Shown here: positions 22,506 through 34,094 of the stretch, one piece after another
Position numbering within the stretch: position 1 is the first letter of the stretch
Layout: each line of letters begins with the position of its first letter
DNA from: Bryobacterales bacterium
GTDB lineage: Bacteria; Acidobacteriota; Terriglobia; Bryobacterales; UBA6623
DNA: 64,000 nt
NCBI GenBank assembly: GCA_963422375.2
Contig: OY729428.2
Span: 832,001-896,000, forward strand
Direction: 5' to 3'
Notes under the pieces: model-generated
Database searches by the model: none
What the model was told of the DNA's origin: nothing
Seen by the model: the letters and a program-made list of their open reading frames with translations, nothing else
Made by a program: the position numbers and the translations under genes

Positions 22506-22522
22506 TGAATGACCCGGGCTAG
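22506..22522 (+). mobile_element. Orphan IS1380-type terminal sequence
   Basis: TGAATGACCCGGG|CTAG matches 14/17 with TGAATCATACGGG|CTAG at 40644-40660. Confidence 0.45.
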
Positions 22523-22714
22523 ACTGGTCATGCATTGCCCGTTCAGTCGCTTCGCAAGGCCCCGCTGACATTGCCCCGAAGATGGCGGGAGCGTACTCCC
22601 GCAGGCATCGCTCGGCGCAATCCGCTCGCGAGCGAGAGGCCGGGCGCCCCGGAGGCCGACACCGCTGCGCCTACGAACGATTGCCGCGCCGAGGGGGCCG
22701 TCCGGCAAGGCTGA

Positions 22715-25472
22715 ATGCGCCTTTCCTGGAACGAGATTCGCGCCCGCGCCGCTAGCTTCGCTCGCGACTGGAAGGACGCAGGCCGCGAACGGGCGGACAC
22801 CCAGCTCTTCTACCGCGCGTTCTGCGAGGTCTTCGGCGTCCCCTTGCGCCGGGTCGCCTCGTTCGAGTAGCCGGTCAAGAGGCTCGGGAACAAGCGAGGC
22901 TTCATCGACCTGTTCTGGAAGGGCGTGCTGCTCGTGGAACAGAAGAGCGCCGGACGCGACCTGTCCAAGGCCAGGCAGCAGGCCCTGGATTACTTCCCCG
23001 GCCTGCGGGACGCCGAGCTGCCTCGCTACCTGCTGCTGAGCGACTTCCGCACCTTCGAGCTCCACGACCTTGACGAGGACGAATCGACCGCCTTCGCATT
23101 GGAGGACCTTCCCTCCCATGTCGAGAATTGCGGGTTCATCGTCGGCGCGCGCAAGCGGACCTGCCGCGACCAGGATCCGGTCAACATCCAAGCGGCCGAG
23201 CTCGTCGGGAAGCACGAACTCGCCGAGCCCGGCAGGCCCGTGCCCGGCCTCGAGCAGTGGCTCGTGCGGCTCGTGTTCTGCCTGTTTGCCGACGACACCG
23301 GCATTTTCGAGCCCCGCGACAGCTTCCTCGAGTACGTCGAAACGCGCACCAGCGAGGACGGCGGGGACCTCGGCGCGCAGCTGGGCAACCTGTTCCATGT
23401 CCTCGACACGCCGACCGACCTCCGCAGCAGGCGTCTCGACGAGGACCTCGCCCGCTTCCCCTTTGTCGACGGCGAGCTGTTCCGCGACCAGCTCCAGCCG
23501 CCGTGGTTCGCCGCCGCCGCCAGGCGCCTCCTGATCGAGGCCTGCCACTTCGACTGGTCCCGCGTCTCGCGCGCGATCTTCGGCTCCCTCTTCCAGGCGG
23601 TCATGGACCGCGACCGGCGCCGCGCCCAGGGTGCCCACTACACCACCGAGAAGAACATCCTCAAGGTCATCGCGCCCCTGTTCCTGGACGCCCTGCGCGC
23701 CCCCTTCCGGCGTATCTGCCAGCGCAAGGGCAACTCGCGCCGCTACGCCCTCCGCGCCTTCCGCCAGCAACTCGGCGAGATGACCTTCTTCGACCCCGCC
23801 TGCGGCTGCGGCAACTTCCTCGTCGTCGCCTACCGCGAGCTGCGCCTGCTCGAAATCGACGTGGTCCGCGAGCTGCGCGCCAATTCCGCCGCCGCAGGGC
23901 AGCGCGAGATCGATGTCGCGGGGCTCTCCCGGGTCGCCGTCGACCAGTTCCACGGCATCGAAATCGGCGCCTTCCCGGCGCGCGTCGCCGAGACGGCCCT
24001 GTGGATGACGGACCACCTCATGAACAGCCGCCCGAGACTCGAGTGCGGCGAGAGCTATGCCCGCATTCCCCTGCGCAAGGCGTCCCGCATCGTCCGCGCG
24101 GACGCGCTGGAGACTGCCTGGGCCGACGTGCTGCCGCCCGAGCGCTGCTCCTTCGTCCTCGGCAATCCTCCCTTCGTCGGGGCCAAGCACCAAACCCCGG
24201 CGCAGCGCGCGCAAGTGCGCCGGGCGGCAGCGGCGGGACGCCGGACTGCGCGGCGGCGTGGTTCGCGCGCGCCGCGGCATGCATCCTCGAGGGCGCGGCC
24301 GAGATCGGGTTCGTGGCCACGAACTCGATCTCGCAGGGCGAGCAGGCGGGCCAGCTCTGGCCCGTGCTGCTGGAGCGCCACGGCATGGAGATCTCCTTCG
24401 CCCACCGCGCGTTCGCCCAGGGCTCCGGGGCCCCGCGGGCAGGCGCACGTGCATGTGGTGATCGTGGGCCTGCGCCAGCGGGGACGCCCCGGCCCGAAGC
24501 GCCTGTTCTCTTACGCGACACCCGCGGCGGAGCCCGAGGAAACCGCTCGCCGGGCGATCTCGCCGTACCTGTTCGACGCGAGCCGCCTGCGCAACCCGCG
24601 CCTCGCGGTGCGCGAGGCATCCCGGCCTCTCAACGGCCTGCCCCGTCTCGTGATCGGATCGAAGCCGATCGACGGCGGCCACTACATCTTCACGCCTGCC
24701 GAGAAGGAACGGTTCCTCGCCAAGGAGCCCGCTGCCGCGCGCTTGTTCCGTCCGTACGTCGGCAGCCAGGAGTTCCTCGCCGGGACACGCCGCTGGATTC
24801 TGGCACTGCATGGCGCGTCCCCCAGCGAGCTGCAGCGCCCCGACCAAGGCGCTGGCCGACACGCCGACGCTCTACCACGTCAACGTGATTCCGACCGAGC
24901 CCTTCCTCGTAATCCCGCAAGTGAGCTCCGAGAGAAGGCCGTACGTGCCGATAGGCCGGATGCAGCCACCCACCGTGCCGAGCAACCTAGTATGCGTGCT
25001 CGAGCACGCGGAGAACGGTGTTTTCGCGCTGCTCACGTCCGCCATGCACATGAGCTGGATGCGCCACATCGGCGGCAGGCTAGAGAGTCGGTATCGCTAC
25101 TCGATCGGTCTGGTGTACAACACGTTCCCGCTGCCAGCAGGCGGCCAGCCCGCCCTCGCCAAGCTCGAACGGCTGGGAGACGCCATCCTAGAGGCCCGCG
25201 CCGAACACCCGGGAGCATCTCTGAGCGACCTGTACGACCCCGTGCTGATGCCCGCACGCCTGCGCAGGGCCCACCGCAGGCTCGACCAAGCCGTGGACCG
25301 GCTGTACCGCCGCCCGGCCTTCCAGTCAGACAGGGAGCGCGCCGAACACCTGCTCGGCCTGTACGAGAGCATGAGCGATCCGTTGCGCAGTTCCGCCAGG
25401 TCGCCCGTGCGCGCCCCGCGCCCCGGGCCTCGCGCCAAGTTTCCGCGCTCGGGGCCGGCTACAACTGGCTGA
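22715..25472 (+). pseudogene. MmeI-like Type IIL restriction-modification enzyme (REase-MTase-TRD), copy 1
   Basis: MRLSWNEIRARA, GFIDLFWKGVLLVEQKS, LFADDTGIF, GAHYT, FDPACGCGNFL, GNPPF, TNSISQGEQ, VSSERR, LSDLYDP; TAG at 22868-22870, frameshifts near 24220, 24430 and 24835. Confidence 0.92.
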
Positions 25473-25716
25473 GCCCCATTCCATCGCAGTCCCTTCGATG
25501 GCAACCGTGCCCCTGCCGGTCAAACCGTCGGTCGCTTGGCACACTGAACTGCTGGACGCGACTTCTGGGCGCGGACGGCGACGAGAACACAATGGTTGAG
25601 CGAATCAGCCACGCACCGGCAGCATGACGCAAGAAGCGGTCGCGGTCTGAATTCCTACACCACTCGCGCAACCCTACGCCGCGCCCGGACGGCTCCGTCG
25701 ACTTCCAAGCATCCCG

Positions 25717-27495
25717 TTCGTCGACCCCGCCTGCGGCTGCGGCAACTTCCCCGTCGTCGCCTACCGCGAGCTGCCCCTGCTCGAAATCGATCTAGTCCGC
25801 GAGCTGCGCGCCAATTCCTCCGCCGCAGGGCAGCGCTAGATCGATGTCGCGGGGCTCTCCCGGGTCGCCGTCGACCAGTTCCACGGCATCGAAATCGGCG
25901 CCTTCCCGGCGCGCATCACCGAGACGCCGCTGTGGATGACGGACCCCCTCATGAACAGCCGCCCGAGACTCGAGTGCGGCGAGAGCTATGCCCGCATCCC
26001 CCTGCGCAAGGCGTCCCGCATCGTCCGCGCGGACGCGCTGGAGACCGCCTGGGCCGACGTGCCGCCGCCCCAGCGCTGGTCCTTCGTCCTCGGCAATCCT
26101 CCCTTCGCCGGGGCCAAGCACCAAACCCCGGCGCAGCCTGCGCAAGTGCGGCGGATCGCCGCGCCGGGCGGCAGCGGCGGGACGCCGGACTGCGTGGCGG
26201 CGTGGTTCGCAGGCGCCGCGGCATGCATCCGCGAGGGCGCGGCCGAGATCCGGTTCGTGGCCACGAACTCGATCGCACAGGGCGAGCAGACGGGCCGGCT
26301 CTGGCCCGTGCTGCTGGAGCGCCACGGCATGGAGATCTCCTTCGCCCATCGCGCGTTCGCCTGGGTCTCCGAGGCCCGCGGGCAGGCGCACGTGCATGTG
26401 GTGACCGTGGGCCTGCGCCGGCAGGGACGCCCCGGCCCGAAGCGCCTGTTCTCTTACGCGGGTGTTCATGAGGTGGTCCGTCATCCACAGCGGACACCCG
26501 CGACGGAGCCCGAGGAAACCGCTCGCCGGGCGATCTCGCCGTACCTGCTCGACGCGAGCCGCCCACGCAACCCGCGCCTCGCGGTGCGCGAGGCATCCCG
26601 GCCTCTCAACGGCCTGCCCCGTCCCGTGATCGGATCGAAGCGGATCAACGGCGGCCACTACGTCTTCACAGCCTCGGAGAGAGAGCGATTCCTCGCCGAG
26701 GAACCCGGCGCGGAGGGATTCCGTCGCCCGCATGTCGGCGGCAGGGAGTTCCTTGCCGGAATGCACCGCTGGATTCTGGCGCCGCATGACGCCCCGTCGG
26801 CCGTGCTCGGCACGCTGCCCAAAGTCGCAGAGCGCGTCGCGGCAGTCCGGGCGTACCGATTGCCCAGCCCAAGCGCTCCGACCAAGGCCTTGGCCGATAG
26901 GCCGACGGCATTTCACGTCAGAGTTATCCCGTCCAATCCATCCCTCATCGTGCCTGGGGTCGGTTCGGAACGCCCGGTATATGGCCCGATCAGCTGGATG
27001 GAACCACCCGAAATCCCAAGCGACGCGGCTACCGTCCTGGACGGCGCCCCCTCGGCTCTAGTCGGCCCGCTGATGTCCGCCATGCACATGAGCTGGCTGC
27101 GCCTTGTCGGCGGCCGACTGGAGAACCGGTACCGGTCCTCGATCAGCCTGGTCTACAACGCCTTCCCGCTCCCGCCGGGGAGCCAAGCCGCGCCGGCAAG
27201 TCTCGGATCAATGGGAGACGCGATCCTGCATGCGAGGGCCGAGCACCCGGAAGCATCGCTGAGCGACCTCTACGACCCCACGCTGATGCCGACTCGGCTC
27301 CGCGCGACGCACCGCAGGCTCGACCAAGCGGTAGACCGGCTGTACCGCCGCGCCGGCTTCGCTTCGGACCGCGAGCGCGCCGAGCAGCTGCTGGCCCTCT
27401 ACGAGAGGAAGGCGGACCCGCCGACCGATTCTTCGGGACCGGAGGAGCGCCGGCATCGCACAGCTTCTCGAGGCAAGCAGGGAAGGTCGCGCTAG
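25717..27495 (+). pseudogene. MmeI-like Type IIL MTase-TRD partial copy 2 (no nuclease/N-terminus)
   Basis: Starts at motif I (homologous to 23786), near-identical to copy 1 through the MTase, diverged in the TRD; frameshift near 25750 and TAG near 25837. Confidence 0.9.
26461..26493. repeat. 33-bp inverted templated insertion
   Basis: 26463-26490 is the exact reverse complement of 23999-24026; 26463-26493 is a 30/31 reverse complement of 25927-25957; absent at the equivalent site of copy 1. Confidence 0.9.
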
Positions 27496-27624
27496 GCGTC
27501 ACGCGACGACAGGCGGCTGACTCGAACTGCCGGGCAACCGCTCCGAGCGGGCGACAGCGACTGCCGAATCGCAGCCGGGATAGGGATGACCGGGCCATCG
27601 CAGCCGATAACCCGGCACCAGTCT

Positions 27625-30600
27625 CTAGTCGCCTTCAGCGGGTCGGAAGGGCTCGCTCACGATGCCCCGTCGGCGCCGGCTGGAGATCCACTGCGCAAGC
27701 TCTTCCAGCGTCGCGTACACCACCGGGATGAACACCAGCGTAATCAGCGTCGATGTCAGCAGGCCGCCGATCACCACGCGCGCCATCGGCACCTGCAGTT
27801 CCGACCCCTCGCCCAGGCCCAAGGCCATGGGGGTCAGGCCCAGCACGGTCGTCACAGTCGTCATGAGAATCGGACGCAGCCGGCGGCGCCCCGAAGTGGT
27901 CACCGACTCCATGATGGAGAGGCCGTGGTCGCGACGCAGCTGGTTCGTGTAATCGATCAGCACGATCGCGTTGTTGACGACGATGCCGACCAGCACGATC
28001 ACCCCGAGAAAGCCCTGCATGTTGAACGTGGTTCCCGTGATCACCAGCATCGTGACGATCCCGATGGCCGCCAGCGGGACCGAGAACAGGATGATGAATG
28101 GGTCGCGCAGGGACTCGAACTGTGCCGCCATCACCATGTAGACGAGCAGTAGCGCCAGGATCGCCGCGAAGGTCAGCTCCCGGAACGACTGCTGCTGATC
28201 CTCCCACTCGCCGCCGAAGCGGATCTCATACCCTTCCGGGCGGCTGATTTGCGCGACTTGGGTGCGGAGATCCGCGATGATGCTGCCCAGATCCCGGTCG
28301 GCGATCGTGCCGCTGACGTAGACGATCCGCTCCTGGTCGACCCTGTTGATCTCCACCGGGCCTTCCTGGCGGTTCAGCTGCACCACGTCGTTGGCGTAGA
28401 TCAGCTCGCCGCGCGGCGTTCGCAGCGGGATGCGGCCGACCTGCGACAGTTCCAGCCGGTCCTCCTCGCGCAGGCGCACGACGATGTCGTACTCGTCGCC
28501 CTCCTCGCGGTAGAACGACGACCGGCGGCCGCCGACCGCGGTCTCGAGCGTGTCGGCGACTTCCGACACCGACATCCCCATGCTGGCCGCCCGCAAGCGA
28601 TCGACACGGACCACCATCTCGGGCGACCCGGGCCGACGGCTGACCTGCGCCTCCGCCACGCCGTCCACGGACAGCATCGCGTCGCGAACCTGCAGCGCGA
28701 GCGCGTTGGTCGTATCCGGGGAGTAGCCCCGCACGGTGATCTGCAGGCGGTCGCCCGACCCGTCGCCGCCTCCGCCGCGCCGCCGGCCGAAATTGCCGCT
28801 CGAGATTCTGGTGCGCAGCTGCACGCCAGGCGCCACGGCCATCAGCATCGGGCGCAGGATGTTGGTGATCTCCCGCGCCGTGCGCTCCCTCTGGGACTGG
28901 TCCACCAGCGTGATGCGCAGCTCGCCGACATGCGTCGCGATCGACCGGAAGGGGCTGTCGCTGCCGGCCTCGGTCATGATGTAGTCCAGCTCGGGCACCT
29001 GGTCGATCACGATGCGCTCCATGCGATCCACGATCTCCTTGGTCACCTCGGCGCGGGTCCCGGGCTCGGACTCGAGGTTGATCCGGATCTGGCCCTCGTC
29101 AACCTGCGGCTCCAGCTCCACCCCCACGTAGCCGCCCAGCCACAGGGCGCACGCGAAAGAGGCCACGGCGAACAGCGTCACCAAGGCGCGGTTGCCCAGC
29201 GCCCAGCGGATTACGTCCGAATAGCTCGCCGACATCGCGAGCATGGCGCGCTCCGCGTACCGCAGGAGGCGCGCCTGGCTCTGCCCGCTGGTGCCGTGCC
29301 GCCGCGCGCAGAGCGTCGGCACCACCGTTAGGGCTACGACCAGCGAGCACAGCAGCGAGAAGCTCACCACCCAAGCCAGCTGCTGGAACTGTTGCGCGGA
29401 GTAGCCGCCGATGAACAGCACAGGGACGAACACCGCGATGGTCGTCAGCGTGGAGGCCGTGATGGCCGTCGCCACCTCCCGGCTGCCGACCAGCGCCGCC
29501 TCGCGCCCCGGACGGCCCTCCTCGCGGTGCCGGTAGATGTTCTCGAGCACCACGATGGCGTTGTCCACCAGCATCCCGACGCCCAGCGCCAAGCCGCCGA
29601 ACGAGACGATGTTCAGCGTGAAGCCGTTGAAGTACATCAGCGCGAACGTCGACACCACCGAGATCGGAATCGCCGCGCCGATGATCAGCGTGCTCGACAG
29701 GCTGCGCAGGAACAGCAGCAGCACGAACACGGCCAGGACCGCGCCAACCCCGGCAGCGGTCTCCACGTTCTGGATGGCCGCGTTGATGAAGTCGGCCGTG
29801 TCCATCGTCTTCTCGATGCGGATGTTCGGGTAGTCGGCGTGGAGCGCGTCCACTTCGTCCCACACCGCGTCCGACACCTTGACCGTGTTCGAGCCGGACT
29901 GCTTGAACATGATCAGGCGCAGGGCCTCCTTGCCGTTCACGCCGACGTAGTGCCGGATGTCGGGATGGGAGTCCTCCACTTCGGCGATGTCCCGCACGTA
30001 GACGGGAATGCCTTCGCGCGAGGTCAGCGCGACGTTCAGGATCTGATTGACGCTGTCGAACTCGCCGCTGGTGCGCAGCAGGACGTCGAAGCGGCCTTCC
30101 TTCACCGGTCCCACGGGCCGGTTGAGGTTCTCCTGGCGGATCGTGTTCACGACCTGGGCCACGGACAGGTCCAGCGCGCGCAGCTTTTCCAGGTTGAGGT
30201 CGACGTGGATTTCGCGGCGCAAGCCGCCCCCGACCCGCACCTGGCCGACTCCCTTGATGCGCTCGAAGCGGTACAGGATGTTCTTCTCCGTGAACATCCG
30301 CAGCTCGCGCGGGTCCATGTCGGGCGTCGCGACCGTCAGGAACATGATCGGGAACTGGGTCACGTCGAACTTGAAGATCGTCGGCGGCTCGATGTCGTCC
30401 GGCAGGGACCGGCGCCCGCGGTCCAGGCGGGACCGCACCTCGTCCGCCGCGACGTCGATGTCCGTGCCGAACGCGAACTCGACGCGCACGGCCGAGCGGC
30501 CCTCGCTCGAGGTCGAGGTCACCCGCTCGACGCCCGGCGCGGCGGAGACGATCTGCTCCAAGGGCCGGCTGATCAGCGTCTCGACCTCCTCGGGGCCGAC

Positions 30601-30759
30601 GCCTTCGTAGTCGGTCGTGATGCTGAGCGTGGTGAAGTTCACCTCAGGCATCAGGTCGACCGGAATCTCGGTGAAGGCGATTGCTCCCAGCAGCATGCAC
30701 ACCATCACTGCCATGAGGATGGTGACAGGCCGCTTGATGGAAAACTCTGAAAGGCTCAT
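27625..30759 (-). CDS. RND efflux permease (AcrB/SwrC-like)
   Basis: [51 protein letters not shown]; 12-TM layout. Confidence 0.95.
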   Translation of the reverse strand: MSLSEFSIKRPVTILMAVMVCMLLGAIAFTEIPVDLMPEVNFTTLSITTDYEGVGPEEVETLISRPLEQIVSAAPGVERVTSTSSEGRSAVRVEFAFGTDIDVAADEVRSRLDRGRRSLPDDIEPPTIFKFDVTQFPIMFLTVATPDMDPRELRMFTEKNILYRFERIKGVGQVRVGGGLRREIHVDLNLEKLRALDLSVAQVVNTIRQENLNRPVGPVKEGRFDVLLRTSGEFDSVNQILNVALTSREGIPVYVRDIAEVEDSHPDIRHYVGVNGKEALRLIMFKQSGSNTVKVSDAVWDEVDALHADYPNIRIEKTMDTADFINAAIQNVETAAGVGAVLAVFVLLLFLRSLSSTLIIGAAIPISVVSTFALMYFNGFTLNIVSFGGLALGVGMLVDNAIVVLENIYRHREEGRPGREAALVGSREVATAITASTLTTIAVFVPVLFIGGYSAQQFQQLAWVVSFSLLCSLVVALTVVPTLCARRHGTSGQSQARLLRYAERAMLAMSASYSDVIRWALGNRALVTLFAVASFACALWLGGYVGVELEPQVDEGQIRINLESEPGTRAEVTKEIVDRMERIVIDQVPELDYIMTEAGSDSPFRSIATHVGELRITLVDQSQRERTAREITNILRPMLMAVAPGVQLRTRISSGNFGRRRGGGGDGSGDRLQITVRGYSPDTTNALALQVRDAMLSVDGVAEAQVSRRPGSPEMVVRVDRLRAASMGMSVSEVADTLETAVGGRRSSFYREEGDEYDIVVRLREEDRLELSQVGRIPLRTPRGELIYANDVVQLNRQEGPVEINRVDQERIVYVSGTIADRDLGSIIADLRTQVAQISRPEGYEIRFGGEWEDQQQSFRELTFAAILALLLVYMVMAAQFESLRDPFIILFSVPLAAIGIVTMLVITGTTFNMQGFLGVIVLVGIVVNNAIVLIDYTNQLRRDHGLSIMESVTTSGRRRLRPILMTTVTTVLGLTPMALGLGEGSELQVPMARVVIGGLLTSTLITLVFIPVVYATLEELAQWISSRRRRGIVSEPFRPAEGD

Positions 30760-30862
30760 GTATCTGTCCCCGGGCGCGGCGGATTCCGGCCTCGGCGCGG
30801 ACGCGCGCACCCATACCGTATGGCGCTTGCGGGCTATGCTTCGGTTACCCTCGGCCCGGCGC

Positions 30863-33800
30863 CTAGTCCCCGGCGACGGCCTCGAGCGCCTCGCCGGCGG
30901 GCCGCCGCCACCGCCGCGGCACGCTGGAGCCCTCGAACGCCACGTACATGACTGGAATGAAGACCAGCGTGATCAGCGTCGAAGTCGCGAGCCCGCCGAT
31001 GACCACGCGGGCCATCGGGGCCTGCAGCTCCGAGCCCTCCCCGAGCCCCAGCGCCATCGGCGCGAGACCCAGCACGGTGGTGATCGTGGTCATCAGGATG
31101 GGCCGCATCCGGCGCATCCCGGCCGTGATGACCGCACGGTGGAGCCCGAGGCCGTGCTCGCGCCGCAGGAGATTCGTGTAGTCCACCAGCACGATGGCGT
31201 TGTTCACGACGATGCCCACCAGCACGATCACCCCGAGGAAGGCCTGCTGGTTGAAGGTGGTCTCCGTCAGCAGCAGGATCAGGACGACGCCGATGGCGGC
31301 CAAGGGCACCGACAGCAGGATCAGGAACGGATCCCGCAGCGACTCGAACTGCGCGGCCATCACCATATACACGAGGATCAGGGCCAGAATCGCGGCGAGG
31401 GTGAGGTTGCGGAACGTCTCCTGCTGCTCCTCGTACTCGCCGCCGAACTCGACCGAGAAGCCCTCGGGCATCGCGAGGCCGGCGATCTCGGCCTCCAAGT
31501 CGCGAACCACGCTGCCCAGATCCCGGTCGGCGATGGCGCCGCTGACGAACACGCGGCGCTCCTGGTCGACGCGGCTGATATATGTAGGCCCCTCCTGCCG
31601 CCGCAGCTCGATCACGCTCTCGGCGGGGATGGTCCGGCCCTGCGGGGTCGTCAGCGGGACCCGCCCGACGTTGCCGATCTCGAGGCGGTCCTCCGCGCGC
31701 AGCCGGACGAGGATGTTGTACTCGTCGCCTTCCTTGCGATACATCGAGCTGCGCGTGCCGCCGATCGCGGTCTCGAGAGTGGTCGCGACGTCGGAGACGT
31801 TGAGACCTAGGTTCGCCGCACGCATGCGGTCGACCTCGACCAGCATCTCCGGCATGCCCGGCCGCTGGCTGATCGTCGGCTCGGCGATGCCGGGCACGCC
31901 TTCCATCGTCTCGCGGATGGTCTCGGCCAGCTGCGCGGCCGTGTCGATGTTGTGCCCGCGAATCTCGACGGTCAGCCGGTCGTCGTTGTCCGAGCTGCCC
32001 CAGCTCTTGAACATGCTGCTGGAGACGCGCGTGCGGACCAGGATCCCGGGCTGGATCTGCAGAGCCGTTCGCAAGTCGTTCGCCACGTCCCGGGCGGAGC
32101 GGGAGCGCTGCGACTTCGGACCGAGATTAATGCGCAGCTCGCCGATGTGCGCGCCCGAGCCGCTGCTGCGGGAGCTGCCGCCGGCCGTCACCATGATTGT
32201 TTCGATCTCGGGCGCGCTCGCGGCGGCGGCCAGGCGCAGCTCCTGCATAACGGTCTCGGTGACCTCGACCCGCGTGCCCGGCTCGAGCTCCACGTTGACG
32301 CGGATCTCCCCCTCGTCCACCTCGGGCTGCAGCTCGATGCCGAGGAACGGGACGAGGTAGAGGGCCGCGCCGAACAGCGCGGCGGCGGAGCCGATCACGA
32401 GCGGCTTGTGCACGAGCGCCCATTGCAGCGCCACCCCGTACGAGGCGGACATGTCGCGCTGCCAGGCCCGGGCCAAGCGGTTGAGGCTGGCGATCCGCCG
32501 CCCGGCCGTGCCGCCGTGCGCGAGGTGCGCGCACAGCCCGGGCACGACCGTCAGGGCGACGGCCAGCGAGCACAACAGTGCGAACCCCACCACGTAGGCG
32601 AGCTGCTTGAAGGTCTGGGCCGCGATGCCGCCCAGGTAGAGGACAGGGACGAAGACCGCGACGGTCGTCAGCGTCGAGGCCGTGATCGCCATCGAGACCT
32701 CCCGGCTGCCCACCACCGCGGCGTCGAAGCCGCTCTTGCCCGCCTCCCGGTGCCGGTACACGTTCTCCAGCACGACGATCGCGTTGTCGACCAGCATCCC
32801 GACACCCAGGGCCAAGCCGCCGAAGGACACGGTATTGAGGGTGAAGCCGTTGAAGAACATCAGGGCGAAGCTCGCGATCACCGAGATCGGGATCGCGATG
32901 CCGATGATCAGCGTGCTCGAGAGGCTGCGGAGGAAGAACAGCAGTACGAGAACCGCTAGGCCGGCCCCCTGCAGCATGGCCGCGCGCACGTTCTCGATCG
33001 AGGCGCGAATGAAGTCGGCGCTGTCGCGGGTCTTTTCGATGCGCACCTGGGGAAGCGCCCTGTGGATGCGGTCCACCTCCCGCCACAGGGCGTCGGACAC
33101 CTCGACCGTGTTCGCGCCGGCCTGCTTGTAGACGTACATGCGCACGCCGGGCTGGCCGTCGACGCTCACCAAGTAGTCCGTGTCCTCGTGGCTGTCCTCG
33201 ACCGCGGCGATGTCTCGGATATGCACGGGAACGCCGTTGCGGGAGGTCAGCACCACGTTGCGGATCTCTTCCAGGCTCTCGAACTCTCCCCGCGTGCGGA
33301 GCAGGACCTCGAAGCGCCCCTCGTCGACCGGCCCGACCGGTCGGTTCATGTTTTCCTGGCGCAGGATCTGGACCACCTGCGGGATCGACAGCTCCAGCGC
33401 CCGCAGCTTCTTGAGATCGAGGTCGACGTGAATCTCGCGCCGCAGGCCGCCGCGGACGGTGAAGGCGGCCACGCCCGGCACGCGCTCGAGGCGGTGCTGG
33501 ACCTGCTTCTCGACGAAGTGCCGCAGGTCCCTCGCCCCCAGCGTCTCGGAGGACACGGTCAGGTAGAGGATCGGGTACTGCGACGAATCGTACTTGTACA
33601 TGCTCGGCGGATCCATGTCCTCCGGCAGATAGCGGCGGCGACGGTCCAGCCGCGTGCGCAGTTCGTTGGCCGCCTCGTCGATGTCGATCCCGTAGTCGAA
33701 GCCCACCCGCACGTAGCAGAGGCCCTCGTAGACCGAACTCGAGATCTCCTTGACGTGCGGGGCGGCCGAGAAGGCCTCCTCCAGCGGGCGAACGACCAGC

Positions 33801-33982
33801 GTCTCCATCTCCTCGGGGGCGACGCCTTCGTACTCGGCGCGCACGCTGATCGTCGGGTAGACGATCTCCGGCATCAGGTCGACCGGGATGTTCACGAAGG
33901 CCACGGCACCGAGCAGGATGGCCACCAAGCAGGCCATCAGGACGGTCACCGGCCTGTGAATCGAGACTGTGGAAAGGTTCAT
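30863..33982 (-). CDS. RND efflux permease, paralog
   Basis: Same motif set as the adjacent permease. Confidence 0.95.
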   Translation of the reverse strand: MNLSTVSIHRPVTVLMACLVAILLGAVAFVNIPVDLMPEIVYPTISVRAEYEGVAPEEMETLVVRPLEEAFSAAPHVKEISSSVYEGLCYVRVGFDYGIDIDEAANELRTRLDRRRRYLPEDMDPPSMYKYDSSQYPILYLTVSSETLGARDLRHFVEKQVQHRLERVPGVAAFTVRGGLRREIHVDLDLKKLRALELSIPQVVQILRQENMNRPVGPVDEGRFEVLLRTRGEFESLEEIRNVVLTSRNGVPVHIRDIAAVEDSHEDTDYLVSVDGQPGVRMYVYKQAGANTVEVSDALWREVDRIHRALPQVRIEKTRDSADFIRASIENVRAAMLQGAGLAVLVLLFFLRSLSSTLIIGIAIPISVIASFALMFFNGFTLNTVSFGGLALGVGMLVDNAIVVLENVYRHREAGKSGFDAAVVGSREVSMAITASTLTTVAVFVPVLYLGGIAAQTFKQLAYVVGFALLCSLAVALTVVPGLCAHLAHGGTAGRRIASLNRLARAWQRDMSASYGVALQWALVHKPLVIGSAAALFGAALYLVPFLGIELQPEVDEGEIRVNVELEPGTRVEVTETVMQELRLAAAASAPEIETIMVTAGGSSRSSGSGAHIGELRINLGPKSQRSRSARDVANDLRTALQIQPGILVRTRVSSSMFKSWGSSDNDDRLTVEIRGHNIDTAAQLAETIRETMEGVPGIAEPTISQRPGMPEMLVEVDRMRAANLGLNVSDVATTLETAIGGTRSSMYRKEGDEYNILVRLRAEDRLEIGNVGRVPLTTPQGRTIPAESVIELRRQEGPTYISRVDQERRVFVSGAIADRDLGSVVRDLEAEIAGLAMPEGFSVEFGGEYEEQQETFRNLTLAAILALILVYMVMAAQFESLRDPFLILLSVPLAAIGVVLILLLTETTFNQQAFLGVIVLVGIVVNNAIVLVDYTNLLRREHGLGLHRAVITAGMRRMRPILMTTITTVLGLAPMALGLGEGSELQAPMARVVIGGLATSTLITLVFIPVMYVAFEGSSVPRRWRRPAGEALEAVAGD

Positions 33983-34094
33983 CCGCGAACTCTTGACCGG
34001 CTGCTATACCGACCAGCCCTATCCACGATACAACCGGCCGCTCGGGCCTGCAGCCCCCGAGGGGGCCGATTTCGTCACCAGCGGCCGGGGCGAG

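Noticed and set aside
22925..25627. 900-aa ORF as an intact Type IIL enzyme
   Set aside because: The true start is upstream beyond a TAG; the ORF leaves the homologous frame near 24220-24430 and again after about 24835.
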